Below the pieces are notes generated by a model, which did not search any database, had not been told where the DNA came from, and saw nothing but the letters and a program-made list of their open reading frames with translations. Both the position numbers and the translations under genes were made by a program. Of a DNA stretch of 64,000 nucleotides, positions 29,812 to 39,445 are shown piece by piece; the first letter of the stretch is position 1, and each line of letters begins with the position of its first letter. The stretch comes from an uncultured bacterium (GTDB lineage: Bacteria > Babelota > Babeliae > Babelales > Babelaceae): assembly GCA_963824495.1 (NCBI GenBank), contig CAWGPQ010000017.1:74246-138245 (forward strand). The letters run 5' to 3'.

Positions 29812-30273
29812 TTAATAGGTACCAGTAGTAGTACCACTAGGACTACCATTTGTGGTCATAGCTGATTCTTCACCCACGCCAGCTGCTGTACCGGCTTGTG
29901 TGCCTGCATCAGCTTCAGGTTGGGCATAACCATACGTACCTAACTGTCCTCTACCCCAGTAGCCCCTACCCATTCCTGTTCTTCCTCGGTGTCTCCAACC
30001 TTCCAGGGTACCTCTATGTCTCCAGTGCTCCAGAGTACCTCTATGTTTCCAATGTTCTAAGGTGCCCCTGTGTCTCCAGCGGCCTCCACCCCCGCCAACC
30101 CGTTCTACATCTGCGCCAAGCTGTTCTGCACCTGTAGCTGCAGATGTTAAACCTGTTTCATCGGGTGTGAGACCCGTATCATCTTGATCTGCATCAGGCA
30201 TTTGTGCATTAGCAAGCGATATAGCTGAAAGAAGTAATGTAATAGCCATGAATTTCGAAATAAGGCTTTTCAT
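29812..30273 (-). CDS. Exported repeat protein, paralog of 29160-29711
   Basis: RBS AAGGAGG; near-identical leader MKSLISKFM; four WRHRG(TLEH) 27-bp repeats. Confidence 0.8.
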   Translation of the reverse strand: MKSLISKFMAITLLLSAISLANAQMPDADQDDTGLTPDETGLTSAATGAEQLGADVERVGGGGGRWRHRGTLEHWKHRGTLEHWRHRGTLEGWRHRGRTGMGRGYWGRGQLGTYGYAQPEADAGTQAGTAAGVGEESAMTTNGSPSGTTTGTY

Positions 30274-30499
30274 AGAAACCTCCTTTAGTAACGGTGAAGA
30301 TAGTCATACAAAATAATAAATACACCTAGCTGGGTTGCCATATACTCTTCCCCCTTAGAACTATAGGCTTGGTAATAAGCGACTCTTATTTATGGAGTCT
30401 ATCTAATATCAATAATAATTTATTATACAAGCATAAATCAATAATTTTAATAATAGAATTTAAGATATAACAACGAGATATAACGCTACCTGTGCTCTG

Positions 30500-30811
30500 T
30501 CAAGACGAAGAAGACATACAAGGGAAAATTACGCATGTATCTAACAAACCTCTATGAGGCCTACATATTTTTTGATTTTCATAACCTATACCTATATTTC
30601 TAGCACTCCAACGATAGTAATAACGCGTTTCGGGAGTATAGTTTCGGTAGCCATATGTTTCGGGTGAACCAGCAATGAAAGGGTATGAACGCCTTCTCGC
30701 TCCATATCTGCCTGTATATGCGCCATTGCCCGCATACAGAGTCCCAAAACCCACTTCCAATACTATGCATAACCCTAATAGTACCATTACATTACCACTT
30801 AAACTTTTCAC
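30500..30811 (-). CDS. Small exported Tyr/Arg-rich protein
   Basis: GAGGG before GTG 30811; hydrophobic segment ending LYA; Y/R/G-rich mature part with 3 Cys. Confidence 0.55.
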   Translation of the reverse strand: MKSLSGNVMVLLGLCIVLEVGFGTLYAGNGAYTGRYGARRRSYPFIAGSPETYGYRNYTPETRYYYRWSARNIGIGYENQKICRPHRGLLDTCVIFPCMSSSS

Positions 30812-30923
30812 TCTAACCCTCGCTACTAACAAAAATACTTATATGGTATTTTAAATTATAACTCACGTAATAATCATAAAGCAATATTTCATATTAAGAT
30901 TTAAAAATGAAGGCAGGTAATAA

Positions 30924-30963
30924 AAAGACCTCTCATATTCTGCGGCGCAGTAGAGAGGTCTTT
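30924..30963 (-). terminator. Intrinsic terminator after the thioredoxin gene
   Basis: aaagacctctc...gagaggtcttt followed by a T-run on the minus strand. Confidence 0.65.
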
Positions 30964-30972
30964 GAGCTGTGC

Positions 30973-31410
30973 TTATTTACTATCGAAATGCTTAGCAATA
31001 TGGAGGCGAAGCAGATCAGCTGACAAGGCTTTCTTTTCATCAAGCCCTACTTGCTCACCATTATTAAAATAGATCAATAGAGGCAATCCATGACCTTTGA
31101 GCTTATAGTGATTGATAAACTGACTAAATTGATCAATATTAACGGTAATAACCGTAATCCTGCCCTCGAATTCTTGAGCAATCTTTTCGAGTGCTGGTTT
31201 CAGCTGTTTACACCGTGCACAGGGAGGATTGTAGAACTCAAGAATAATCGGTTTCTTTGTAGCAATAGCGTCGGTAACAACCTTAAGGGGATCTTTAGCT
31301 TTATATTCTCGTTGTTCCATGAGTTCAGTAAGATCTTTAGCAGCTAAACTCATGGCTACCGTTAAGAGGCTTACGCTTAAAAACACCCAGGGATACTTCA
31401 TAAAAGACAT
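30973..31410 (-). CDS. Exported thioredoxin family protein
   Basis: RBS AAGGAG; signal peptide; EFYNPPCARCKQLKP; GLP. Confidence 0.85.
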   Translation of the reverse strand: MSFMKYPWVFLSVSLLTVAMSLAAKDLTELMEQREYKAKDPLKVVTDAIATKKPIILEFYNPPCARCKQLKPALEKIAQEFEGRITVITVNIDQFSQFINHYKLKGHGLPLLIYFNNGEQVGLDEKKALSADLLRLHIAKHFDSK

Positions 31411-31608
31411 GCTCTCTCCTTCTGTAATGATATCTTTTAAGAATGGTAACAATATTCGTAAGCATACTCATTTATATAAGAAGTACAAGTAGAGCTCATG
31501 GGGAGCACAAACACGATGCGATGTTATTGATCCTTATTTTTTAACCAGTATAATCTTTAGGGTTCTACAAGAGGATTGCATTACAAGAGTAGTAAAAGTA
31601 TTGAGAAA

Positions 31609-32508
31609 ATGATCCAAAGGAATAGCGTGTATTGTTACATTTTCGCCCTATGCTTATTACTTGAACTTGTGTTCAATATCCAGAGAGTGCAAGGCGTGAT
31701 TGGTCAATTTTCACCAAGGAGTGGCGGTATCACGGTATTCGACATAAAGTCGGGCAGCGAGCAAGCACTGGCAGAAAAAAATAGATTTCGTATTATTAAC
31801 CAGCTTGAGTATATAACTGCACGAAATACACGAAAACTATTTACTCGACATGTAGCTTTTTTCCCTCTCACTCGTGCTTCGTACATAGCAATTGACATGC
31901 CTGTTTTGATATATGGACGCAAAGTGAGGAGAAGGGCTGGAGGTGTAGGTGATATTCAGCTACGTTACTATTATGAAGCATATTTTAAAAAAACTGCTTA
32001 CCGTAGAGCAGAAGTTGTGTTAATGGGAGGTATAGCACTTCCTACTTCTCGAGTGTGCCAAAACCCAGCTTCCGGCAATGCAACATTTGATTTTGTGGGG
32101 AATATTTATACTGGCTATAGATACTTTCTTTTTACTGGTTATACGATCGTGACCATGGACTTCCCGCTTCCCCGTCGTCTGTTTAGGCGTGGGTATCGTG
32201 TAGGCGCAACTACTGCTTTGGGTATAAGATTAGCCAAGCGAGTGCCAAATGAAGGAAAATATGTTGCCTCCTATTTTCTTGAATTCGATTATGAGCATGG
32301 TTCCGGTGATCATTGGCGCCTGCCAAAAACATGTGATTTTGACTTCACTAGTCCCTATGATATTGTCTCAGCTGGGCCTACGATGATCATCGTGAGAGAT
32401 TCTCTTGCGTTTAATTTTTCGGTTTTGGTGCCTATTTTCCAAGTTATACGTGGGCCTAACCCAAAGATTGACCTTAAAGCATTTTTGGGGGTTGAGATGC
32501 GTTTTTAA
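31609..32508 (+). CDS. Putative outer-membrane beta-barrel (MetA/SphA 'transporter'-like)
   Basis: Signal peptide, GVGDIQL motif, GGIALPT, alternating beta pattern, C-terminal ...GVEMRF. Confidence 0.6.
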   Translation: MIQRNSVYCYIFALCLLLELVFNIQRVQGVIGQFSPRSGGITVFDIKSGSEQALAEKNRFRIINQLEYITARNTRKLFTRHVAFFPLTRASYIAIDMPVLIYGRKVRRRAGGVGDIQLRYYYEAYFKKTAYRRAEVVLMGGIALPTSRVCQNPASGNATFDFVGNIYTGYRYFLFTGYTIVTMDFPLPRRLFRRGYRVGATTALGIRLAKRVPNEGKYVASYFLEFDYEHGSGDHWRLPKTCDFDFTSPYDIVSAGPTMIIVRDSLAFNFSVLVPIFQVIRGPNPKIDLKAFLGVEMRF

Positions 32509-32561
32509 TACATTTATTAGCTAGAAGATATCGTGTGCGATATCGTTAAAGAAAGCTTATC

Positions 32562-33650
32562 ATGAGATATAATGCTCTCTGGTTTCTTTTGATTATCTTT
32601 GCGATATATACTATTGCAGAAGGACAAACTATTGCCCGTATACTTGGTCCTGAAAAGGCCTTTGAAACTGCTGCTTTACAAGAATCTGAGTCCGATAAGG
32701 AAGTCGTACCCACGTTACCCGAGCCAGAATCAGAAGAAGAAGATATTAGGCGTTTTGGACCGCCACGATCCGTTACACGTAAATTAGGCATTGTCAATAG
32801 TATTGAATATGAACATTATAAGAACAAATCACAGATAACGCTTTTTCATAGGTTTCTCTATCATTTTCCTGATAGTAAATTTCTTATAAGATTTTACATG
32901 ACTGTCGTCTTTGCAACATATGAATCGTGCTGTCGTCGTGCATTTAACGCTGATGATTGCTTCATAAGAAGAGCAGCAGGCTTAGGAGATGTAAGTGTAA
33001 TACTTGATTATGGCCTTTATAGAAAAATTACGCCCTATGTATTTAATGACTGTGGCATTAGTGGAGGCTTTTCTCTTCCAACGGCTAAATTTTCCAAAGT
33101 TCCCTCGGTAGGTCGAGCAACATGGGATTTTTTGCTTGGAGGTTACGCAGTTCATGAGTCACGAAGCACGTTGTGCTATAGCGAGATAATTGTTGGTCTG
33201 CCTCTTACGCATATTACGCATACCCGCTTTAAACGAGGATACTACATTATAATCGATGCTGTTGTTGGCCCAACTTTTTTTCCATATCATGATAATAGTA
33301 TAGCTATGGCATATACTCTCTGGCTTGAATATGAACGTGGATCAAAAGATCATGTTCCAAAATGTATTGATGGATTGCCAACTCGAGATATCTTATTGGC
33401 TGGTCCCTTATTTCTTTGGTCTTCTAACGATGTTTATATTCAAGCAGGTATCTTAGTATCTGCATACCAGAAGCTTCACTGTACCCCCCGCTCTACCACA
33501 CCTAATGTGATAAACAATGCTGTGTGCTGTGGCTTAAGGCCTTGTGATATACCGTCAACGGCTATGGGCTCTAAATCCGGCTGCCAAATACCTGGTTGCC
33601 GCAGACTCGATTTTAGGGCTATCTTTACGCTTCAGCTGCTTTTCGGCTGA
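32562..33650 (+). CDS. Cys-rich putative outer-membrane beta-barrel, paralog of the upstream gene
   Basis: GLGDVSV, GGFSLPT, GRATWDF, LEYERGS; C-terminal IFTLQLLFG; Cys-rich loops. Confidence 0.6.
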   Translation: MRYNALWFLLIIFAIYTIAEGQTIARILGPEKAFETAALQESESDKEVVPTLPEPESEEEDIRRFGPPRSVTRKLGIVNSIEYEHYKNKSQITLFHRFLYHFPDSKFLIRFYMTVVFATYESCCRRAFNADDCFIRRAAGLGDVSVILDYGLYRKITPYVFNDCGISGGFSLPTAKFSKVPSVGRATWDFLLGGYAVHESRSTLCYSEIIVGLPLTHITHTRFKRGYYIIIDAVVGPTFFPYHDNSIAMAYTLWLEYERGSKDHVPKCIDGLPTRDILLAGPLFLWSSNDVYIQAGILVSAYQKLHCTPRSTTPNVINNAVCCGLRPCDIPSTAMGSKSGCQIPGCRRLDFRAIFTLQLLFG

Positions 33651-33775
33651 ACTTTAAAAAATCTTTAAATTGCCTTAAAAAATGTCCAACATTGAATATT
33701 GCAAATTGAAACTTTATTGTGATGTCATGGATTAGTAGGGTAACAAATATTCTTATATAAAGAAGGAGATATGTT

Positions 33776-34270
33776 ATGAAACAACAATTTTTAATGTTCT
33801 TATCTTCATAACTAGTACTTTTTAGCTTTCTTGGTCTTGCCAACAATTATGGGGCTGAAAGTACCGTACTTAACCCTACCATAACGCTAATTAACACTAC
33901 AAAGATTAGTGAATGTCCAATAAATCTCAATGCTATAGCTAGCCCACAACAGGTAGATGGTATGCCTGGCTCAACTAATGAAATTTTTATTGAAACATTA
34001 AAAGAGGGAGAAAACATTTTAGCTCTGCCTGAGGGCTATGATTTTATTTCCCTCAGTTGCTTAAGGCCAGCTCCTGCAGGATCTACTTATCTACCTGGCG
34101 CACCTGTTCCTTGGGCTGGCCCTGGAGGAATTGCCCTTTCAGCACCTACCTATAGTAGTCCTATTACAGCAGTACAACCAGGAAAAACCTACCAGTTAAA
34201 GGTTGTTGGCGAAAGCGGAAATTGGAATAATCTGGCTATTTCAGAGGTACCTAGTTCCATAAGTAGGTAA
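33776..34270 (+). pseudogene. Exported hypothetical protein with a premature stop in its signal peptide
   Basis: Strong RBS AAGGAGA before ATG 33776; TAA at 33809-33811; frame continues LVLFSFLGLANNYGAE... into ORF 33962-34270. Confidence 0.6.
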
Positions 34271-34358
34271 AATATCTTAATCTAGCCAAAATTTTGAATA
34301 ACATAATGCTCTTCATGGTAATGAAGATATTAGAGTAAGCTTTAGAAGGAGTTCTTGT

Positions 34359-34835
34359 ATGAAAGTTATAGTGAAATCGATAATTTTTTTAGGTACTGTG
34401 CTATTTTTAGGCTTTATGCCGATAGTATATGGATACAAGGTAGGGGTTACTAATAATACCAATGAAGACCTGAGAGTAACTATAGAGTCAACGCTAGCAG
34501 GATGTTCTCATACTATTGATGTAGGAGCAAATGGTGATTATAATACGATAAACCCTACTGGTGTCTGTCATAGTGCTTGTTACTCTCGTGTTAAGGCGCG
34601 CCTGAAATCAAATAATCAAGAAGTACTTAATCAATGGCTTCCTGCTGCAAAGCCAACTAGCTCTGCCTCGATTTTCACTGCTCAACCAAGCGTGGGCGCT
34701 GCGATCGCTACACTTGGCGCTGCAACTATACCCAACGAGTGTGCATCTGTGGATCTATCGATACACAAAAGTGACTCTAAATGGTCACTTACCGTTGATA
34801 ATATTTGGTCGTTTGAACAAATAGAGCCTACATGA
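34359..34835 (+). CDS. Exported hypothetical protein with Cys residues
   Basis: RBS AAGGAG; signal ending VYG; VTNNT beta-rich start; 4 Cys. Confidence 0.75.
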   Translation: MKVIVKSIIFLGTVLFLGFMPIVYGYKVGVTNNTNEDLRVTIESTLAGCSHTIDVGANGDYNTINPTGVCHSACYSRVKARLKSNNQEVLNQWLPAAKPTSSASIFTAQPSVGAAIATLGAATIPNECASVDLSIHKSDSKWSLTVDNIWSFEQIEPT

Positions 34836-35182
34836 TTCTCATCTGCTTATAAAGGGCTGTCTTTTGTATGTGGCCTTGTTGCATAAATATCTAACCTATT
34901 TTTACTATATAAAAATAAAATTACGCAGGATCATGCAAGAAAATATCCCTCAACGCTTGTCTCTTAGCGCTAACAGTAGATAGCTTGTACTCTTTGCTTG
35001 TAATCCTCAAGGATAGTTACGCCATAGTCAATGCGGTGATCCTGTACAAACTTTAGGCTCTGTTAACCTTTGAAAGCATATATTTTTAAGTATGCTTAGG
35101 ATAATCTGCTTAATTACGTATCAGTTGCTGCAACGATAGTACGGGGATATTTGCGTATGTTGAGCCCGAAGGATGTAAAAGT

Positions 35183-36481
35183 ATGAGCCTTTTGAGTTTT
35201 GATTACAGACAAACAAGCCTAGTATCTGTAGATCAATTTAGCCATCTTACAAGCATAGTAAAACCTGAGATTAGGCGTCTTCGCGAGGCTCTATCGCACG
35301 GCTATGATACGCCCTATGCTTTCGTCAATCTTATTTCTGCTGATCAACTTTACCTTCAGGTTGATGATACTATTACTCGTAAGCGCTCGCTCAATATTTC
35401 ATTACTACTTGTTGTAGGTATCGGCGGATCTAATTTAGGCACACTTGCGGTACACCAGGCACTCTATGGCACATTATATAACGACAAAAACCCTTCTCTT
35501 AAATTTTATTGTGCTGACACTATTGACGATATGCTCGCTCGTGATCTTATAGCACTACTTGAGTGTGAGTTGGCACAGGGTAACACTGTACTTATTAACA
35601 TTGTTACTAAATCGGGAACGACAACTGAAACACTCGCAAATGCTTGGATATTTATTGACGTACTTAAGCGCTATCGTCCACATGATTTCACCAACTTTAT
35701 TGTCATAACAACGGACAAAGGCTCACCTTTATGGCATTTAGGGCAAAATTTATCGCTTACCGTGCTTGAAATACCCAAGCTTGTTGGTGGACGCTATTCG
35801 GTATTTTCTGCTGTTGGGCTTTTTCCCTTAGGATTTATGGGAGTTGATCTCCAGGAACTAAGAGCAGGTGCTCGTGATATGCTTGCTATCTGTACTAAAC
35901 AAGATACTACAAATCTGGCAGCACTAAGTGCTGCATATATCTTTGCAAACTATGATAAGGGTAAAAATATTCATGATCTTTTTTTATGTAGCCCCTCATT
36001 TGCACAACTTGGTGCCTGGTATCGTCAGCTTATGGGTGAGAGTATTGGTAAACAGCATAAGGGTATTACGCCTACAGTATCAGTTGGCACAACAGATTTA
36101 CACTCTGTCGCTCAACTCTATTTAGGTGGGCCTTATGACAAGAGCACAACATTTGTTATAGATAGCTATGCGTATGATCCTGTAGTTATACCTAAAAATC
36201 TTTTTCCTGAAATATCTTTTATTGCTGCAGGCAAAACACTATCGTTTGTAAAGCAAGCCATTTTTGAAGGTGTTCAAGCTGCCTATAGCGCTGATAAACG
36301 ACCTTTTGTTACGCTAACATTACCCGGAATTTCAGCGTATACTTTGGGGCAATTTTTGCAGTTAAAAATGATCGAAATGGTATATTTAGGATTTCTTATG
36401 CATGTTAACCCTTTTGATCAGCCGCAGGTAGAATTGTATAAACAAGAAACACAGCGGATTTTAGCAGATACATCTACATAA
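35183..36481 (+). CDS. pgi: Glucose-6-phosphate isomerase
   Basis: GIGGSNLG, TKSGTTTET, VGGRYSV, QLMGESIGK, DLHS, FDQPQVELYK. Confidence 0.95.
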   Translation: MSLLSFDYRQTSLVSVDQFSHLTSIVKPEIRRLREALSHGYDTPYAFVNLISADQLYLQVDDTITRKRSLNISLLLVVGIGGSNLGTLAVHQALYGTLYNDKNPSLKFYCADTIDDMLARDLIALLECELAQGNTVLINIVTKSGTTTETLANAWIFIDVLKRYRPHDFTNFIVITTDKGSPLWHLGQNLSLTVLEIPKLVGGRYSVFSAVGLFPLGFMGVDLQELRAGARDMLAICTKQDTTNLAALSAAYIFANYDKGKNIHDLFLCSPSFAQLGAWYRQLMGESIGKQHKGITPTVSVGTTDLHSVAQLYLGGPYDKSTTFVIDSYAYDPVVIPKNLFPEISFIAAGKTLSFVKQAIFEGVQAAYSADKRPFVTLTLPGISAYTLGQFLQLKMIEMVYLGFLMHVNPFDQPQVELYKQETQRILADTST

Positions 36482-36499
36482 TTACTGGATATCTATATT

Positions 36500-37906
36500 A
36501 TGGATACATGGACAATCGTTATCTTAGGCGCTACAGGTGACCTCAGTAGGCGGCAATTATTTCCTGCTCTTTATGAACTGATCAAAGGTGCTAAACAACA
36601 CTATCTTGTTATTGGTGCAGCACGTGATCAATCCACGCCCGATGAACTGCTTGAGCGAGCACGACCATTTATTACTCATTACGATCAAAAGATATTTGAC
36701 CAATTACGATCGATTGTTTTTTACCAACAACTTAATTTTGAACATAAACAAGACTTTATACTGTTAGAACGTGAAATTAATCGACGAGAGCACGAGCTTG
36801 GTTTTTCTTCAGAAAATCGTATTATCTATTGTGCTGTAGCTGCACAATTCTACTGCCCTATTACGCGCTTCTTAAACGAATCCGGTATTATTCAGCAAGG
36901 AAGTGATCATCATAGAGTTGTCTATGAAAAACCTTTTGGATGGAACCTTACATCAGCACGCCAAATAAATACCTGTATCAAACAATTTCTTGCGCCCAAG
37001 CAAGCCTATAGAATTGATCATTATTTAGCAAAAGAATTTATTGGCTCTATCTTGCTGATTCGCTTTGCAAACATAATCTTTGCCTCATTGTGGAACAATA
37101 CCTATATTGATCACGTGCAAGTATTCTTAAACGAAGCAGTTTGTCTTGAAGGCCGTGGCACATTTTACGATGCCTATGGAGCACTAAAAGATGTTGTACA
37201 AAATCACCTATTACAAATCGTTGCACTACTTGCCATGGATTGCCCTAATATTACCCTTGACAATGATATAGCAGTAAAAAAAGCAGATATTCTTAAAAGA
37301 ATACGTGTACGCACAGGTGTTCTTGGTCAATATGAGGGCTATCGCACTGAGCAAGGCATAGCGCCTGACTCAACAACTGAGACATTTGCTGCGTTACAAT
37401 TAAGCATCGATCATGAACGCTGGCATAACGTGCCATTTTTTATACAAACAGGTAAGTGCCTTGCTGAAAAACTTACCGAAATTCGTGTCTTTTTTAAAGA
37501 AATAGAGCCTTGTATATTTCAAAAAAAAGTTGTATGCCCTGCTAATATATTAACTATTCATGTTACACCCAACGAAGGCTTTTCGCTTAAGCTGAACAGT
37601 AAAAAACCGGGAACACAGCTTGAGGCAACTTCAGTCACTATGGACTTTTGCTACGAGTGCTTGTTTGGACCGGGCACCCCACACGCTTACAAAGTAATCC
37701 TTGAACAAGTCATGGAAGGTGATAGCTCCATTTCAGTTAGCTCAGAAGAAATAGAAGCGCAATGGATGATTATCGATACTGTTAAAACGCTCAATTTACC
37801 TGTTTACCAGTATACTCAAAAAAGCCAGGGACCAGAAGAAGCACAACGCTTAATGTGTTCGTCCTCATCATGTGTAGCATGTTCTGATAAGGAGACTTGT
37901 ATATGA
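36500..37906 (+). CDS. zwf: Glucose-6-phosphate 1-dehydrogenase
   Basis: GATGDL, EKPFG, RIDHYLAKE, DVVQNHLLQ, TETFAA, TGKCL. Confidence 0.95.
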   Translation: MDTWTIVILGATGDLSRRQLFPALYELIKGAKQHYLVIGAARDQSTPDELLERARPFITHYDQKIFDQLRSIVFYQQLNFEHKQDFILLEREINRREHELGFSSENRIIYCAVAAQFYCPITRFLNESGIIQQGSDHHRVVYEKPFGWNLTSARQINTCIKQFLAPKQAYRIDHYLAKEFIGSILLIRFANIIFASLWNNTYIDHVQVFLNEAVCLEGRGTFYDAYGALKDVVQNHLLQIVALLAMDCPNITLDNDIAVKKADILKRIRVRTGVLGQYEGYRTEQGIAPDSTTETFAALQLSIDHERWHNVPFFIQTGKCLAEKLTEIRVFFKEIEPCIFQKKVVCPANILTIHVTPNEGFSLKLNSKKPGTQLEATSVTMDFCYECLFGPGTPHAYKVILEQVMEGDSSISVSSEEIEAQWMIIDTVKTLNLPVYQYTQKSQGPEEAQRLMCSSSSCVACSDKETCI

Positions 37907-38796
37907 TTATTGGTATGGTCGGTTTGGGACGTATGGGACACGCTCTTGTGCTACGTCTTACCCAAGCTGGTTATGATGTGCTCGGTTACGATCCTGCTCC
38001 CGTCACCATAGAGGAAGATGGTTTTAGGCGCGTTTCATCGTTACTTGAAATTGCCGATAAAGCACATATCATTTGGCTCATGGTTCCTGCAGGCTCTATT
38101 GTTGATGAAACTATTGCCCAACTCTCACCCTCACTTCAACCAGGTGATAGTATAATTGATGGCGGTAACAGTTACTTTAAAGATTCAATTCGTCGCCATA
38201 ATCTGCTGGCTCAGCAAGGAATTAATTTTTTTGATTGCGGTACTTCTGGTGGACCGGTCGGTGTAGAGACAGGTTTTTCGCTTATGATTGGAGGAGACGT
38301 TGAACCTTTTAGGCGCATCGAAGAAATTTTTGCTGCTATTGCTGCACCCAACGGCTACGGATACGTTGGTCCTTCTGGTGCCGGTCATTATGTAAAAATG
38401 GTGCATAATGGTATCGAATACGCTTTGCTAGAATCATATGCTGAAGGCTTTCATGTACTTAAAGATGGCCATTATAAAAATCTCGATTTAGCTCAAATTA
38501 GCGATATCTGGAACCATGGTGCTGTTATTCGTTCATGGATCTTAGAACTTGCCTATGAGATCTTTATTCAAGATCAAGATCTTACTTCTATTAGTGGCTT
38601 TGTTGCAGAAAGCGGAACCGGCCGTTGGACTGCCGAAGAAGCACATAGACACAATATTCCAGTACCGCTTATAGAAGATGCTTTAAAAATACGTGCCGAG
38701 TCACGTAAAACAGGAGGTAATTATGCAACTAAAGTTGTAGCGTTACTCCGTAATAAATTTGGCGAGCACCCTGTTAAAAAAATAGAGCAAACTTGA
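37903..38796 (+). CDS. gnd: 6-phosphogluconate dehydrogenase, decarboxylating (short type)
   Basis: GLGRMG, DGGNS, GTSGG, KMVHNGIEY, SGTGRW, LRNKFG; ATGA coupling to zwf. Confidence 0.95.
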   Translation: MIIGMVGLGRMGHALVLRLTQAGYDVLGYDPAPVTIEEDGFRRVSSLLEIADKAHIIWLMVPAGSIVDETIAQLSPSLQPGDSIIDGGNSYFKDSIRRHNLLAQQGINFFDCGTSGGPVGVETGFSLMIGGDVEPFRRIEEIFAAIAAPNGYGYVGPSGAGHYVKMVHNGIEYALLESYAEGFHVLKDGHYKNLDLAQISDIWNHGAVIRSWILELAYEIFIQDQDLTSISGFVAESGTGRWTAEEAHRHNIPVPLIEDALKIRAESRKTGGNYATKVVALLRNKFGEHPVKKIEQT

Positions 38797-38809
38797 TAGG
38801 AAGTATCAT

Positions 38810-39442
38810 ATGGCACAAGCGTATTTGTATCTTTATGTTACTATAAGTACGTTATCGCTAAGCTTACATACTCAAGCAATTTATGAAAATAATGTTCCAG
38901 ACTTAAAAGTATTAGCTTATGCAAAAATACTAACTGCACACTATCAAATTAGACCTGAAATCCTACCTAAAGAGCTAACTCAACGGCTGAAATCATTAGA
39001 ACAAGCAATAACCTATCTTTCAGAAAATAACAAACTGGATGGCCATTTAGCAGCAACAATAGCCCAAGAACCTGTGCTCATTGATACCCTTCTGGCTGCA
39101 GTCGATTATCAACACAGAGAGCAATTAAGCATGAGCTTACTCTTTTCAACTATTACAGCTGAAAGCATGACAGGATTTGAATTCCTTATCAATCATGGTG
39201 TCGATAGTAATAAGCCATGGCACATGTCCGGTTATACTCCCTTGCACTGGGCAGCTCATGAAGGCAAAAGAGATTTCGTGAAAGCTCTTATTAAGCAAGG
39301 AGCACAGCTTAATGCCTTAACAAATCCACCTTTTGGGTCACGAACGCCGCTAGATATAGCCCAAAAGAAACACTATTCAACCATAGTGGCCCTTTTACGT
39401 AAAGCAAACAGGGGTAATGCTCATAGCAAAAAAAGCGGATAA
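38810..39442 (+). CDS. Exported protein with C-terminal ankyrin repeats
   Basis: Signal ending TQA; YTPLHWAA, RTPLDIA. Confidence 0.8.
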   Translation: MAQAYLYLYVTISTLSLSLHTQAIYENNVPDLKVLAYAKILTAHYQIRPEILPKELTQRLKSLEQAITYLSENNKLDGHLAATIAQEPVLIDTLLAAVDYQHREQLSMSLLFSTITAESMTGFEFLINHGVDSNKPWHMSGYTPLHWAAHEGKRDFVKALIKQGAQLNALTNPPFGSRTPLDIAQKKHYSTIVALLRKANRGNAHSKKSG

Positions 39443-39445
39443 ACC

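Noticed and set aside
29204..30137. Plus-strand ORFs 29204-29665 and 29898-30137 and other shadow ORFs in the track
   Set aside because: Antisense or alternate-frame by-products of genes that have RBSs, signal peptides or clear motifs
33809..33811. Stop-codon reassignment explaining in-frame stops
   Set aside because: TAA, TAG and TGA all terminate intact housekeeping genes here, so the standard bacterial code fits
34836..35182. Possible ncRNA in a 350-bp intergenic region (caggatca/tgatcctg pairing)
   Set aside because: Only a short complementary pair is visible and no RNA family is recognisable; an Rfam/Infernal scan would be needed
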